The notes under the pieces were generated by a model. The model ran no database searches and was not told where the DNA came from. It saw only the letters and a list, made by a program, of their open reading frames with translations. Shown piece after piece: positions 12,801-24,106 of a stretch of 64,000 bases of DNA (its first letter is position 1; every line of letters starts with the position of its first letter). The stretch comes from Takakia lepidozioides. Lineage: Eukaryota; Plantae; Bryophyta. Position numbers and translations under genes: made by a program. The DNA lies in NCBI GenBank assembly GCA_030704615.1, contig CM060732.1, positions 52,638,001 through 52,702,000 on the forward strand, read 5' to 3'.

Positions 12801-13475
12801 CGTGCAGGGCGGTTGGATGAGGCAGAAGACTTTATCAACAACATGCCATTTGAACCAGGTGCTTCTGTGTGGGGTGCCTTGCTTGGTGCTTGTAGAATCC
12901 ATGGCAATGTGGAGCTCGCAGAACGTGCGGCAGAATGTGCCCTCAAACTACAACCACGAAATGCTGCAATGTACGTTCTGCTCTCAAATATCTATGCTGC
13001 GGATGGGAGGTGGGGTGATGTAGCAAAGTTGCGAAAAATCATAGATGACAGAGGTGTGACAAAGGAGCCTGGGCGCAGCTGGATTGAGATCAATAACAGT
13101 GTACATACATTTGTTGTGGAAGATAGATCACACCCAAAAACAGAGGAGATCTATGCATTGTTGGAGAAATTGACAACCCAGATGAAGGAGGCCGGATATG
13201 TGCCCGACACACGCTTTGTGTTACATGATGTGGATCAACGACAGAAGGAACAGGCTCTCTGCTACCACAGTGAAAAACTGGCCATTGCTTATGGGTTGAT
13301 TAGCACACCTCCTGGGACAACTATCCATATAAGTAAAAACCTTCGGGTGTGTGGTGATTGCCACACTGCCACTAAGTTCATTTCTGAGCTTGTTGGGCGA
13401 GAAATTGTTGCAAGGGATTCCAGCCGCTTTCATCACTTCAAGAATGGGGTGTGTTCTTGTGGTGACTACTGGTAA
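9813..13475 (+). CDS. PLS-class PPR protein with E1/E2 and PG-type DYW cytidine deaminase domain (organellar C-to-U editing factor), intronless
   Basis: About 27 P/L/S motifs, PGRSWIE box, HSEKLA, CGDCH, terminal DYW. First in-frame ATG is 9813 and gives an Arg/Ser-rich transit-peptide-like leader; the ORF-track start at 9669 is a non-ATG codon. Confidence 0.95.
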   Translation: MSPRMVERGKCALKTLCSRHSFWSFAVEFPVRNQIRFFVGTQSRGVDISLGKATTTIASNRERRKRTGVKGSTCVTRMDVIDKEEQLKDVVRILDIQELQGLQAYSDTCASLLQGCAKMQAMAVGKRVHAHIKKTGFKSLIFLGNSLITMYCKCGSVVDARQVFDEMPIRDVVSWNAMIAGFAQHGHGEEAFDLFEQMQKEGIRLDKVTFISILKACSSPAALEQGRQLHPAIIKAGFAADVRVGTALVSMYCKCGSVVDARQVFDKMPERNVVSWNAMIAGYAQHGYAEELFHLYELMQREEMKPDRITFMSILNACTSPTAVGHGKRLLDIMEQQSFLAYSVTSVRLLQGCAKTKALAAGKEVHAHIIKTGFQLDGHLGNSLVTMYCKCGSVVDAQQVFDRMPTRDVITWNAMIAGCAQQGHVEEAFDLFQKMQQEGMESDKVTFVSILKACSSPAALEQGRQLHADIIKVGFESDVRVGTALLSMYCKCGSVGDARQLFDNMPERNVVSWNAMIAGYAQHGHGAEAVHLYQQMQGEDMKADRITFMCILNSCVSPAALEQGKQLHEGVIKAGFETDANVANALVSMYCKCGSVVDARQVFDKMPERNVVSWNALIAGLAQQGHGEEAFHLFQQMQREDMTPDSITFMCILNACTSPAALEQGKALHVTVIKAGFESDVYLCNALISMYCKCGSVVDARHVFDKMLTRDVVSWNAMIAGSAQQGHGEEAFILFQQMQQEGMKSDKVTFISILHACDSPAALEQGKQVHAGIIKGGFESDVHVGNALISMYCKCGSVVYARQLFDKMSTRDLISWNAMISGCLQQGHGAVALELYRHMQQEGMKADKVTFISILNACASRAALEEGKCVHADIISCGSQSDVRVANALVDMYAKCGTMDNAREVFDNMFERDRVSWNTIIVGYAQHGRSEEALQLFDQMQGEGVKPDYVTFIGVLSACSHVGLVDEGSLYFCSMSRDHGITPTEEHYGCVVDLLGRAGRLDEAEDFINNMPFEPGASVWGALLGACRIHGNVELAERAAECALKLQPRNAAMYVLLSNIYAADGRWGDVAKLRKIIDDRGVTKEPGRSWIEINNSVHTFVVEDRSHPKTEEIYALLEKLTTQMKEAGYVPDTRFVLHDVDQRQKEQALCYHSEKLAIAYGLISTPPGTTIHISKNLRVCGDCHTATKFISELVGREIVARDSSRFHHFKNGVCSCGDYW

Positions 13476-14293
13476 AATACTGACAACAATGCATGTGGTT
13501 TCTGCTCTGTTTTGCAAGCTGGCTGCATTCCCTCTTCTGTAGCCACAGTCAGTCCATGTGTACATTGGGGTCCTGCTATTTTGCGTCTCTGTGCCTTGTC
13601 TCTCATATTTTTGATTTGTGGGCATACTGTTGAGTGAACGTTCTCTGTTACACTGTAATGGAACCTTTCTGATTGGTCCTTTGAAAGCATCAAGTAGACT
13701 GTCATTGTACCTCTTTATGCCCATTTCAGAAAGTGATAACCCTGAAGGCTGTCTGCATCTTTAGGTCTGGGTTTAGGTTGAGTACTCGCATCTATGAAAG
13801 CTTTGTTGAAAACTTTCCAAGGCCAGAGTTAAGTCCACATTTGAACTGGTCATCATCCAGGAGAGGCTATCCCACATCATTTTGTTTCATGACTGAACTT
13901 CGAAAAAGTCAACCTCATACATCTCTAAGGCACAGCACTTCTCAGAGGAACTTCATCTTCAAAGCTCATAACACAACATTTTTTAGCCATATGCAGATTA
14001 TTGAAACTTTAGTACTCTCCCTGCTGAATTGATTAGCTTTTGGAAGGTCCACCTTAGGGTCTGCAGCCAAGGTGAAACCTAACTCCAACAAACTGCGCAA
14101 CTATTGCCCTCTGAATGGACAGCTTTTGGGAACCACTCAGGAACCATATTGGCTACATCGAACATCTGGTTTGATTTGTTGCTGAGGATTGCCAAAACTG
14201 AATAAAATTGATGCAATCATAATAATCAGGGAGATAAATCGTGCATACATGGTACAAAGAATATCCAAAACGAGATTGCTGCAAATACTGTCT

Positions 14294-17200
14294 TCACGTG
14301 GCAAGGGTTGTTGGTGGGCAATTCCCAATTGCATCACACCCTAGGACATCTCTGTAATTTCTAGTGATCCAAAATTTGTCATAGATTTCACCATTGCTGC
14401 TGTGTTTGTACTCAAACAGCAGTGTTGTATGGTTGAAAGCAGTTAGCTTGGTGTAGCCATGATCAAAGTCCTGGACCATACTCCACTGAGTTTTCATGGT
14501 AGCGAATGGGGATAGGTCGGCCCCAGCGCCCCCAGCGACAATGTGAATTGTTGCGTTGAAAGTGCCAGAATAGTGTTCAATTTCCTTGCTTACACATGCA
14601 CTCTGCAGTGAAATAATGCATATTAGTTTGACCATCCGAGTTTGGAGCCTCAATTGGTTTGCAGGCATTGTTGAGAATGCAACCGTGCACTGTTGCAGAG
14701 AGTGTTTAAAAGATAGAGGGAGGAAGAGAGGCTTGCAGGTGGGTGCACAAATGTCCAGGAGGGTTTCTATATCCTGGAGGCTCCGGACACTAGCAAGAAC
14801 TATTACGAGTCTTGTAACAAGATTTCACGAAGAAAGAACACACCATGAATCTTTAAGCACCACAAAGGCCAGAAAAGACACATTTGAGGACTATGTGCAA
14901 GGTGGAGGATTACCTCATAGACAGGGCATGTCCGCTCATAATTGTGTACATGGCCATAGAAGGCAAGATCCACTTTGTATTTTTGCCAAAGTTTTTGTAA
15001 ACTCTCCCGTGCCATTGGCTCGGCAAATGTGCCCTCCAAACCATAATACGAACCCGAAGAATAGCCAAGTACACGATGCGCAATGAAGATTAACCAGGGC
15101 TGGCTTTGCCGGTCAACCGATGCCAGACATTCCTCTAAAAACTTGTATTGCTCAGTGCCCTCTCGCCAGTCATGTTCAGAGTCAGCTACACAAAAATGAA
15201 ACATTCCCCACTCCGTGTTGTACCTAAAAAATTGGACAGAAGGCAAATAAGTTAGTAAAGATGTGGAAGAGAAAGCACCTTGAGTACCACAATTCAGGTC
15301 CTTTAAAGATAGAAACAAACGAGAGAGATTGCAAAAGACTGGAGGGGAAAGGTAGAGATTAGAGACAAAGTGTAACTTCTGCTAGATTACCATATGCACA
15401 ATTTATAGAGACATGAACAAACAAAAGCATTAAACATGAAAAATTAAGACAGGAGTCTGAAAGAACAATATGTACTGGCAAGGATCCACAAACAAAGGAA
15501 AACTAAGCAATTGGTTGGCATCTGAAGATTGTACAACCTACCAGAATTTACCCTTGTTTTTGGTCGGCATTTTGAACATTGTCTCTGCTGGTACTCCACA
15601 TTCACCACCTGAATCAAGATTTTTAAAAAAGGATCCTGAACCAGGCCAGTCCCGCTCATGATTACCACTGCAAGCCAATGACAATCCCAGAATTTCATCA
15701 GCAGACAGACATTCTTGGCAATTCCCATTCCTCATCCATCCTCTTCTATCTCTAAGCCTTGTAAGAATAATGTCTTTCCAGGCCAAGGACAAAATGGAAT
15801 GAAAACAGCACCTTGCAACCATGTAAGGGACACGTGCGGTGATATCGTCAATCTGCTCTGTAAACTGGTCCCATTCAGAGAGGTAGCCATTGGCATAACT
15901 CAGATCTCCAATGTGGAACACAATGTCATAGTCCTCTAACTCCTTGACCAGCTGGTCGGTTGTATTCAAGGCCCCCATCTGATAGTTGTTGTACTCATTC
16001 GACCCATCTCGCTCAGCCTTTGAAACAGTCATGTTCAAGGGGAAGGTCAGGAGCTCATATCTGTAATTGAAGAATTGGACGTGCCAGGATTCTCAATGTT
16101 CCTATAAATCCTGAGAGCCAGGCCTGCCAACAAAGAAAAGTAAGGTCAAAGACGGAAACAGGACAGGGAGAGGAGAAGATTTAAAGGGTACCTTGCCCAT
16201 GTCACCAAAGATCACAACCCGTTGCAACGAATCTTGGCCTGGCGCAGGAGCTGATATGAAATAACTCTCTTCACCCCAAACATATTGCCCAGTCTTCAGC
16301 TTGTGACCCACCTTGTAATAGTATCTGTCGAACACTACAAACACAGTTTAGCTGGCAAAACAGGAATCAATGTCTCAGGATCCATCCACGTTCATTACTT
16401 CTAATCCCAGAGGTCAAACACTATGAACGGAAAAGTCAGAAGCAGTTGGATGATTACTTGGTGCTTGGCCATAGCTCCTTAAGGTAGGCTGTGTGAAAGA
16501 AGCCTGGGTCCCTCCACCCCACTGTTCTTGCAGGAGGTCCTGCCAACACATTGACCAAACATTTAAGGAATCAACAGGAAATATTGTACACTCATTGTAA
16601 GGTTATGTAATTTAACTCCCTGTGTCTTTTCAGAGCAGGCATTTAGTAATGAAGACTACGAATCTGTCACTTTACCTCCATAAGATATACTGTCTTTGAA
16701 CAGCCTCTGGTGCTTTCGTTGTTTATCATGTGTTAATGTCTAATTAGCTCTTCCAGCCTGATGTGGACAAGATAAGACTCCTTCCTTCCTTCCTTCTCAT
16801 CCAATTACCCTACCATCCTCCCTGTGCCTACACCCTCTCTCTCTCTTCCACCCCCTCAGCTACGGCAAAGAAAGTCTTATGAGTACATTTTACTCACCCC
16901 CTCGGACACGAGTGAGAGGCAGAAGCTTCCACAACCTCCCCAGCCATGGCATTTCTGTGTAAATTCAGGGCTATAAAAACCAAATCAATAACCCTGCAAC
17001 CAGGCTGTCGAGTTTGCATGTGGACAAGTGCCTCTGCGAGCGCCTTAATGAGAGTTGCAGGAAACAAGTTTATACCTGCAGCTGAGCTGCGGGGATAAGT
17101 TAAGCCCTGGTGGGTGTGAACCCCACAAAAGGCTCTGGGAGGGTTAGTTTCCTGTGAGTTGAATGGCTGTAAGGCTATGGCAAGCCAACGGTCGCAGGGA

Positions 17201-20200
17201 ACAGCACGAGGACATTCTCACCCCCTTGCCAACCAATGTCTTATGAGTACATTCTCTCCCCCTGTCATATATTATTTTTCCTTTTTTTACCATGTCTGCC
17301 TCTCTGCATCGAGCCCTCCCTCCCTGCACTAGCACTCGTCATATCAATTTGATATTGAGGAAGAGACAGAAATGGACAGTAGGTCGGTAGAAAGAAACCA
17401 ACCACACATGTCTTCCTGTTGGAAAGTCTTAGTGACTGCAGGGGAGATTTTTGAGGCCTTCTCATCCTCAAGGCCCCACTGCACCACTGGCACTGCTTCC
17501 TTCAGTCCATATCCACTTGTCCAAGTCACTGTAATCTGTAGGTTTCAGAACCCCCAAAGTAATTAGTATGCTATTGCAGCTCTATCTCTCTCTTTCACTG
17601 GACATTTCTGAGCTATCAAAATTAATGTGGCTGGAGCTCACTTGCAAGTTATACTTGACAACTGTCAGATGGATAGACATAAAACAACAACCACACAGCA
17701 GACAGAGAGGAGAGGGAGGGACAGATGCCACCCATCACATACATATGCGCAATAGATGTACCAAGACATGCATACTTTACAACATGCATACACAAGCAGC
17801 TGTGCACACACACCGATACATATTAATTGATGGGAACTGTGGTCAGTATGTGAGCCCGCATAGATAATTCCCCATTCGTCCTTGGGGATAATATCCTAGG
17901 GGAATCCACAGTTACAGTGGGCAGAAGGTCCATTATACAGGTGAATTGTGTTGCAACATAGCTACCATGAGAACAACAGGAGAGTTAAAGCTTACTTCAT
18001 TCCATTGAGAACCCACAGCCAGTCGCGGATACACTGGAGCTTTCAAGTCTGCGAAAGTGACGGTGTTCGACACTGCCTCAAGCACCGGCTGCTCATCCAA
18101 ATCCCATCACCAACATCAACAACTACTACTCTCTCCTGTACAAAGCACAAAGTGTACTTGAGTACTCAGAAACATTAAACACAGACTACAAGGAGGTCTT
18201 CCACTCACATTTGAGAGGTCACCGGAAAAGAACCCAAGTGCAAAGTCAGCCCGCTGTTTGATCAATCGAAATGAAACAGATCCTTCTCCTTTGGTCACAT
18301 AGTCCGGTGATGAAAAGTTGGCATATGTAAACTGCGGTACAGATGTACATAAAGGTCAAAATGTAATGTGGTACGTTGATGCACAAAAGCAAGCAGGACT
18401 TGGCGGCCTCAAGAAGTTGCAGCAACAACCATTCGCATAACTCAGCACTGCATCATGACCTTCAGCCGCCAGAGATGGAGAACTGGTTTTCAATGTTTAC
18501 TATCAACAAGTGGTAACAGACGCTCAGCAGGCCCCCTATACGCTAAAGTAACAGAACAGGGTACAAAGGCATGGGTCTGAGGGGGTACACACATACCGTG
18601 ACCACGCAGAGCAACTTAAACTACGGTCAGGTAAACAATGTCATGGGAATTGTTCTTCTATTATCATGTCTTAAAATAACCAATTGTGTAATGTTTCTCT
18701 AGTGGAGTCTAATAGCACCACATAATCCACAAGCATCTAAACTAGGAAATCTAATCAAGATGCAGGAAACAGACATGCCAGCATGAGTATCTTCTCATTT
18801 AGCTGCACTTGTACTTTCAATGAATCACATCTCTGCTGTCTACTTGGTTAAATAGTTCTGACAAATTAAAGGAGAACCATTTTTTCATCCTCAAAATTGA
18901 GATTTATCACATGATGGAATTATGAAGAGAACAAAGATATCTATGTGAGACACAAAAGGCGAAATGAGGGCAACATCAGCCTGGCTGCAACCTTGTGGCC
19001 ATACACACAGCACAGATAGAAAAAGGCCTTCTCTAACTTCAGCTCGGCAAACAATGTCTTATGAATACACTCTAACTTCAGCTCTTTCTCTCTACTTTTG
19101 AGGGAATGCATTTGAGAAAAATAGACACAAAATTGAATTTGGGTGAAAGGCTACTTTCCACACATACCTTGATAGGAGATGAATATAGTAGGGGAGGGTC
19201 TTCCCTATCAGAGGTTGCATTCAAATCCTTTGTGTAGTCTGAACCACTGCAAACGTTCATATCCACCCCGTCTGTCATCTATTTTGGAAAAGAAGAGTGC
19301 CACCAAATTGATGTTGAGTCGTAAGCTGAATACTGGAGCACATTACTTTTTTAAACTGATCAGTTTTCACATAACAGCTTCCTAAGGAATGTGCACTATA
19401 CATGAATTGCTGGGACCCTCTACAGATCTAAATATCTAGACAGTTGATCTCACCCCACATGTACATCTCTCTCTATTCTTGTAACCATAGCTTTCCAACC
19501 TTAAAGGGGTGCCTTGGAAGCATCAGAGCAAACTATGGGCAGAACTAAAAAACACTATTTATTTTGGTACCTTTATTTGCGTACCCTGCAAGATATGAGA
19601 ATTCCCCAAAACTGTACTTAGCATTCTATTACCCTCTCCTAACAAGCATGCCAGCAAGCAGCAATGTATGATTGCAGTGATGGAAAATGAGGTGAGACTT
19701 TTTTTCTACTACCTCTTTTGCCCCCCTCTCTGATCCCCAAAATACACCGCTAACCCCAGACCTCCAACATTCCTCCAACATGTGTAGGATACCCCCCGGG
19801 AAAAGTTTAGCAAGAAAGAACATTGTACTTGAAATTAGCAGGGGAGAACACTCCAATCCAGTCGGAGGCAGCAGCACCATGGGGCTTCTTGAACTTAACA
19901 GTCACATACTCGGCTGTCTCACCCTAAAATACCATTCAAAGACCCATTAATACTGAAGTGCTTGTAGTTCTCTACTGTTGTTGTCATTCTTGTGAGTCTC
20001 GAATACATTAAAGAATTGAGTCACAACTCTCTTATGCACACCCGATCCCTAGACTTGCCTTAAGAGCCCTTCACGTAAAGAAGAAAACATAGGAATTGCA
20101 GACATGTAAGAAACACTCTGGTCTGCCATACTTCACATGAGCTTCCAGCACCAACTCCATCGTCTGCAGATTCTTATCTCGGATACCGAATATGAGATAA

Positions 20201-21842
20201 AGTCACAAGAAAGATAAGTCGACTCACTGACTGCATTGATTTGAAATCAGAGCAGGTCTGTGGTGGGGAGTGTGAGAGGGAGAGATTGTACTCATAAGAT
20301 GTTGTTTGCCATAGCCTTTTGGCCATTGACCCCGCGCCCAGTTTGAGCGGGAACAAAAGGGACAGAACCTACCTCTGTCAGGGGCTGACGTTGGTAGTAA
20401 GACTTACCTCCATATAAAGAATTAATCCGGGTTTTCCAGATATCCTCTAGAAATCCCTTCACACAAGCATCAATCTGCTGTGTGTGATTTGCCCAAAAAC
20501 TAGGCCTCAGGAGGGCCTGGGCTTTTGGCTCAGCCTCGAGACTTTCAAAGTTGGTAAACAGGGGTACAGGCACAATTCCCTTAATAGATTTGAAGAGAGC
20601 GTCTCTTTGGTGAGAGAACCCCGGACAGTGTATCAGAAAATGAATACTGTCTTCAGATTGCCCACACAACGGGCAATTGCACTCTCCCTTTCCTCTCTGC
20701 TTCTGTTTGCTGTTCAAAGGTAGGCTTCCTGCCCCGAGTTTAAATTTCAGTCTAGTGCCGAGAGTGGGTAGACCCTTGAGGTCATCCAAGATGTCCTCCC
20801 CCATGTCACAGACTGGAAACAAGTTCAGGGAAGTTTTCTGCCTAACTTCATTTTCATCAGACAATCTCATGGCAACAGACATGGCTGAGGACACTACAGC
20901 CTCTAAGTCAGATTTATCCAGCAGGGTCAAGACTTGCGGATCCAGGTCCAGGTCCTTGAGGATCTCTTCTACTCTCTTCTGCCAGGACTTAGCCTGTTTG
21001 ACAGGGCGGTCCTGTTTCCAAGATATAGAGTTGATTAACTTAGGATATCTGGTGTTGGGCATATGTTGCAGCTGACCCCACCATCTGACCTTGAATTCAT
21101 CTCGTCGGGAGCTTAAGGACGGAATGCCAAACTCACCCCGAACAGCCACATTGGCTGTTTTGGAGCATGCTGACATACACTCCTTAAGCACCCCCACTTG
21201 AATGGATTCTAGAGACTGAGCCTGGTTGGAGTTATCAACCCATATAGCAGATCCGTACTCCAAGGCAGGTCTAATAACGCGACAAAGCATGGTTTTCTTA
21301 ACCTCAGAGTTGACCCCTCTGCAGTGGAAAAATTTAGTGAGCCCCAGAGCTTTGCCCTTGCCAGTTCGAACAACTTTCCGGATATGAGCATCCCAATTAC
21401 AATTGGAGGAGAACTCAACGCCCAGGTAAGTGTAGGAAGGGAGGACCAGGATCTCTTGGCTACCCCAAGGGAGAGGGAGAGAGAGCAAGAAAGAGAGGAA
21501 GCAAGATTGTTGACCCTTGTGGAGGTAGTTGATATGACGTGCAGTTGCCCCCAAGCACACTGAGTTCATGATTACATTACATCTGCAGAAGGCTAAAAGG
21601 GCCAGTGGGACACACTGGACCAGCAGAAATAGAACAAAGAGAGAGATTACCTTCTCGCCAAGAAGGGTAGGGCTGGCACTGATAGACACAGAGGGGTCAA
21701 TTTTTTTGCTTGACCGATGTAGAGCTATTCGGGACAAAGGCTGATGGTCGTCATATCTCACTTCCACTTTCCAGCCTTTTGCAAAATGTGACACTAGCAG
21801 AAGCACTGAGAGTATTGCCAATACTTGGAGTGAGCGCTCCAT
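14294..21842 (-). CDS. Purple acid phosphatase, PAP1/PAP24/PAP27 (nucleotide pyrophosphatase/phosphodiesterase) clade, copy A; about 12 coding exons, signal peptide
   Basis: MERSLQVLAILSVLLLVSHFAKG leader, QPLSRIALH, metal-ligand motifs GDMG, GDLSYANG, GNHERD, AHRVLG, GHVHNYER; GT-AG exons near 21842-21651, 19923-19829, 19246-19168, 18331-18209, 18088-17996, 17535-17403, 16540-16459, 16324-16192, 16017-15812, 15668-15541, 15222-14913, 14602-14294 (inner borders approximate). Confidence 0.93.
16860..16887 (+). mobile_element. ~28 bp micro-insertion of the TTATGAGTACA LINE 3' end
   Basis: CTACGGCAAAGAAAGTCTTATGAGTACA with CACCCCCTC repeated on both sides. Confidence 0.6.
17231..17248 (+). mobile_element. 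~18 bp micro-insertion of the TTATGAGTACA LINE 3' end
   Basis: AACCAATGTCTTATGAGT between ACATTCTCACCCCCTTGCC and ACATTCTCTCCCCCTGTC. Confidence 0.65.
19046..19069 (+). mobile_element. 24 bp micro-insertion of the LINE 3' end with a perfect 15-bp TSD
   Basis: GGCAAACAATGTCTTATGAATACA flanked by CTCTAACTTCAGCTC at 19031-19045 and 19070-19084. Confidence 0.8.
20285..21470 (-). mobile_element. 5'-truncated non-LTR retrotransposon (LINE, RTE-X-like) in the first coding intron of PAP copy A
   Basis: Open frame with RT domain 7/thumb (YTYLGVEF, IRPALEYGSAIW, LESIQ, AVRGEFG) and zinc finger CPLCGQSEDSIHFLIHC; TSD GAGAGGGAGAG at 20274-20284 and 21471-21481; no poly(A). Confidence 0.9.
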
Positions 21843-24106
21843 TCTGCACCTAAGCCTACAAGATTGCATGAGGACCCGATTATTGATTAGCTCGACTGCC
21901 TTAAAAGACACATCCCGCCATCAAGAAGAATAAAATTAGCGAGTAACTGTGGTCTCACAGGTTTTGAGTGAGCACGGCAGTTGATACTCCCAAGTAGGGC
22001 TTGCGCCGATGAGAGTTGGGCCAATTCACGAGGACTAGGATTTACACTCAGGACAGCAGGAGTTATCAAATCTTAATTTGCATGCCAACAATTGATCACA
22101 GACTACCTTCATGTTGTTTTGCAATTTGCATTGCGTTGCAACTATTGACACCCGCAATTATTTTAGTACAATTCAACTAAAACAAGTCGGGTGAATTCGT
22201 AGCTTATCTGCAGGGGTCCATCTTACTAGTCCCACATTCGAGGAGGAAGAGAAAGGGAACATCCAAAAGTTATACTTTCCACCTGAGGGATGACAATCAC
22301 CCCAAAGAAGAGACAGAAAGACATACACCCACAAGACTACATTCAAACAAAACTCCAAAAATCTCAATTTTTGAGAGCCTGTACAAGAAAAGAAAGGGGG
22401 TCCTTTCTAAGCAAGAACAGAAATGAAGGTCCACCCATATTAACTGCATACCCCAGTTCCTTCCAATCCCTTGCATCCGTCAGCGACCCATCTCTCAGAA
22501 GACGAGGCCGGCAAGCACCTTGAGCTGGGTTGGTGGAACACCCATCATTCCACCATCCTTCTCCTCATTACCTACTCTTGAAGGAATTAGCGAAGGATAT
22601 ACTACGCTACCTGCTCCTCGGAAGCTTCACTGTTGCGGGTCCAACACCGTATTTCCAGGCGGCACTTTCTATCCCAAATATAATCAGTTTGGTGACATAA
22701 TTGCGAGCGAGTAGGGATATTACTAGTGAGTGACTCAAACTAGACTCTCTTCACCCACAGCAAAGTCAGGTGTGAATCTAACATGGCAGCTACAAGTCTG
22801 ACGTAGCATGTATAACCAGTGCCAGTTCTGCTGACTGATGCGGCATGGGTCAAATACCAAAAAAGGCCGGGTCAACTTAATCCATCCCTGCGGTAAGCGC
22901 CCAGATCGATCTACCAGAGCACGGCCCAGAGCTCCCACAACAAGCTCGTGCTTCATCCCTCCTGCTGCTGCTTCAGAGATCCCCCCACTGCAGCATATCT
23001 TCTCAGATGCTCGGCCGGCATCAAAGTACTCTGGAATATGCCACAATAATCCCATCTTTTCTCTTTCAAGGAACGTACCAGGCTCCTGTGATCATGCGCT
23101 TTCGGTGATTTTAAAGGATGCTAAGGTAGGTGTGCTGAAGCTCTCTCCTGTGAATGTGGGTCCTCCGTTGAGAAGATTTGACAGAGTTGCAGTCTTATTG
23201 TGGACTTGTTATTCCTGAATCTGTAAAGACTAACACGTGGGCCTTTAACTTTAGTGACAGGACGCTGTTGCAGATAGAAAGACACTGTTGACAAAGTTGC
23301 ACCACCTAATTGTACAGCACGGAAGATACTCACTGGAGGAGGTTCTTGCTTTCTCGCTCAGATGAAGTGAGTGTCCAGCTGGATCCTCGACTCGTGACAG
23401 TTGGAGAAAGCATGGTGAATGAGACTAGTGAGTACTGCGGTCCAGTGTCTCATTCTCATTCTATGGTGTAATGGTATGATAGTCCATCTGGATACTTTGA
23501 GGATACCTCTCCCTCTCAAGATTCCTAGGCTCCAAGCAAAGAGAGGAAGAAAGAATGTTATGCAAATGAGAAAAACTATATTCGATACACTTGGAAAAAA
23601 TCTTGCAGGATGCATCTTCGATTCACTCAAGAGTGCCAGAATAAAGTTCAACAATCAGTTACTATGGAGAGGACAAAGCGAAGCAGCAAGGTGGTTTGGC
23701 AGTTGCATGTTTGCTAGCCCTTACAGCCCTACCAGTGGTGACTTCGACTCGAAAGTTTCCTCGCTATAAGATTTGAGCAAGATGCGAACATGGAAAGATA
23801 GACAGTAGTCAGAGTGAATGATCAGTCAGTTTTATTGCAAACTTCTCCCTTCCTCGATACCTCCTCTTCCTGTCCTGAAAGATAGACCCTTGAATTGGGT
23901 GCTTCAGGACGGATGCTTGTTACGTCGGAATTTATGTCTGCACAATACTGCAGCGACGATTTCTGCCACAAACCTCAATGACCTAATGTTGCTCGCATTC
24001 ACAACCAGCGCCTAATCTAGAAGCGCACTTGCATTGACTCCGGAGGGATCATTGAGTTTCCACACTAATCTCTACCACTAGAAATATGAATTCACCAAGA
24101 ATAAAC

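Noticed and set aside
9935-12902. Repeated antisense ORFs over the PPR gene, and likewise over the PIG93-like genes
   Set aside because: Shadows of repetitive or duplicated sense coding sequence with no independent motifs
22500-24020. ORFs of 100-126 aa between the two PAP genes
   Set aside because: No recognisable domain or consistent exon chain
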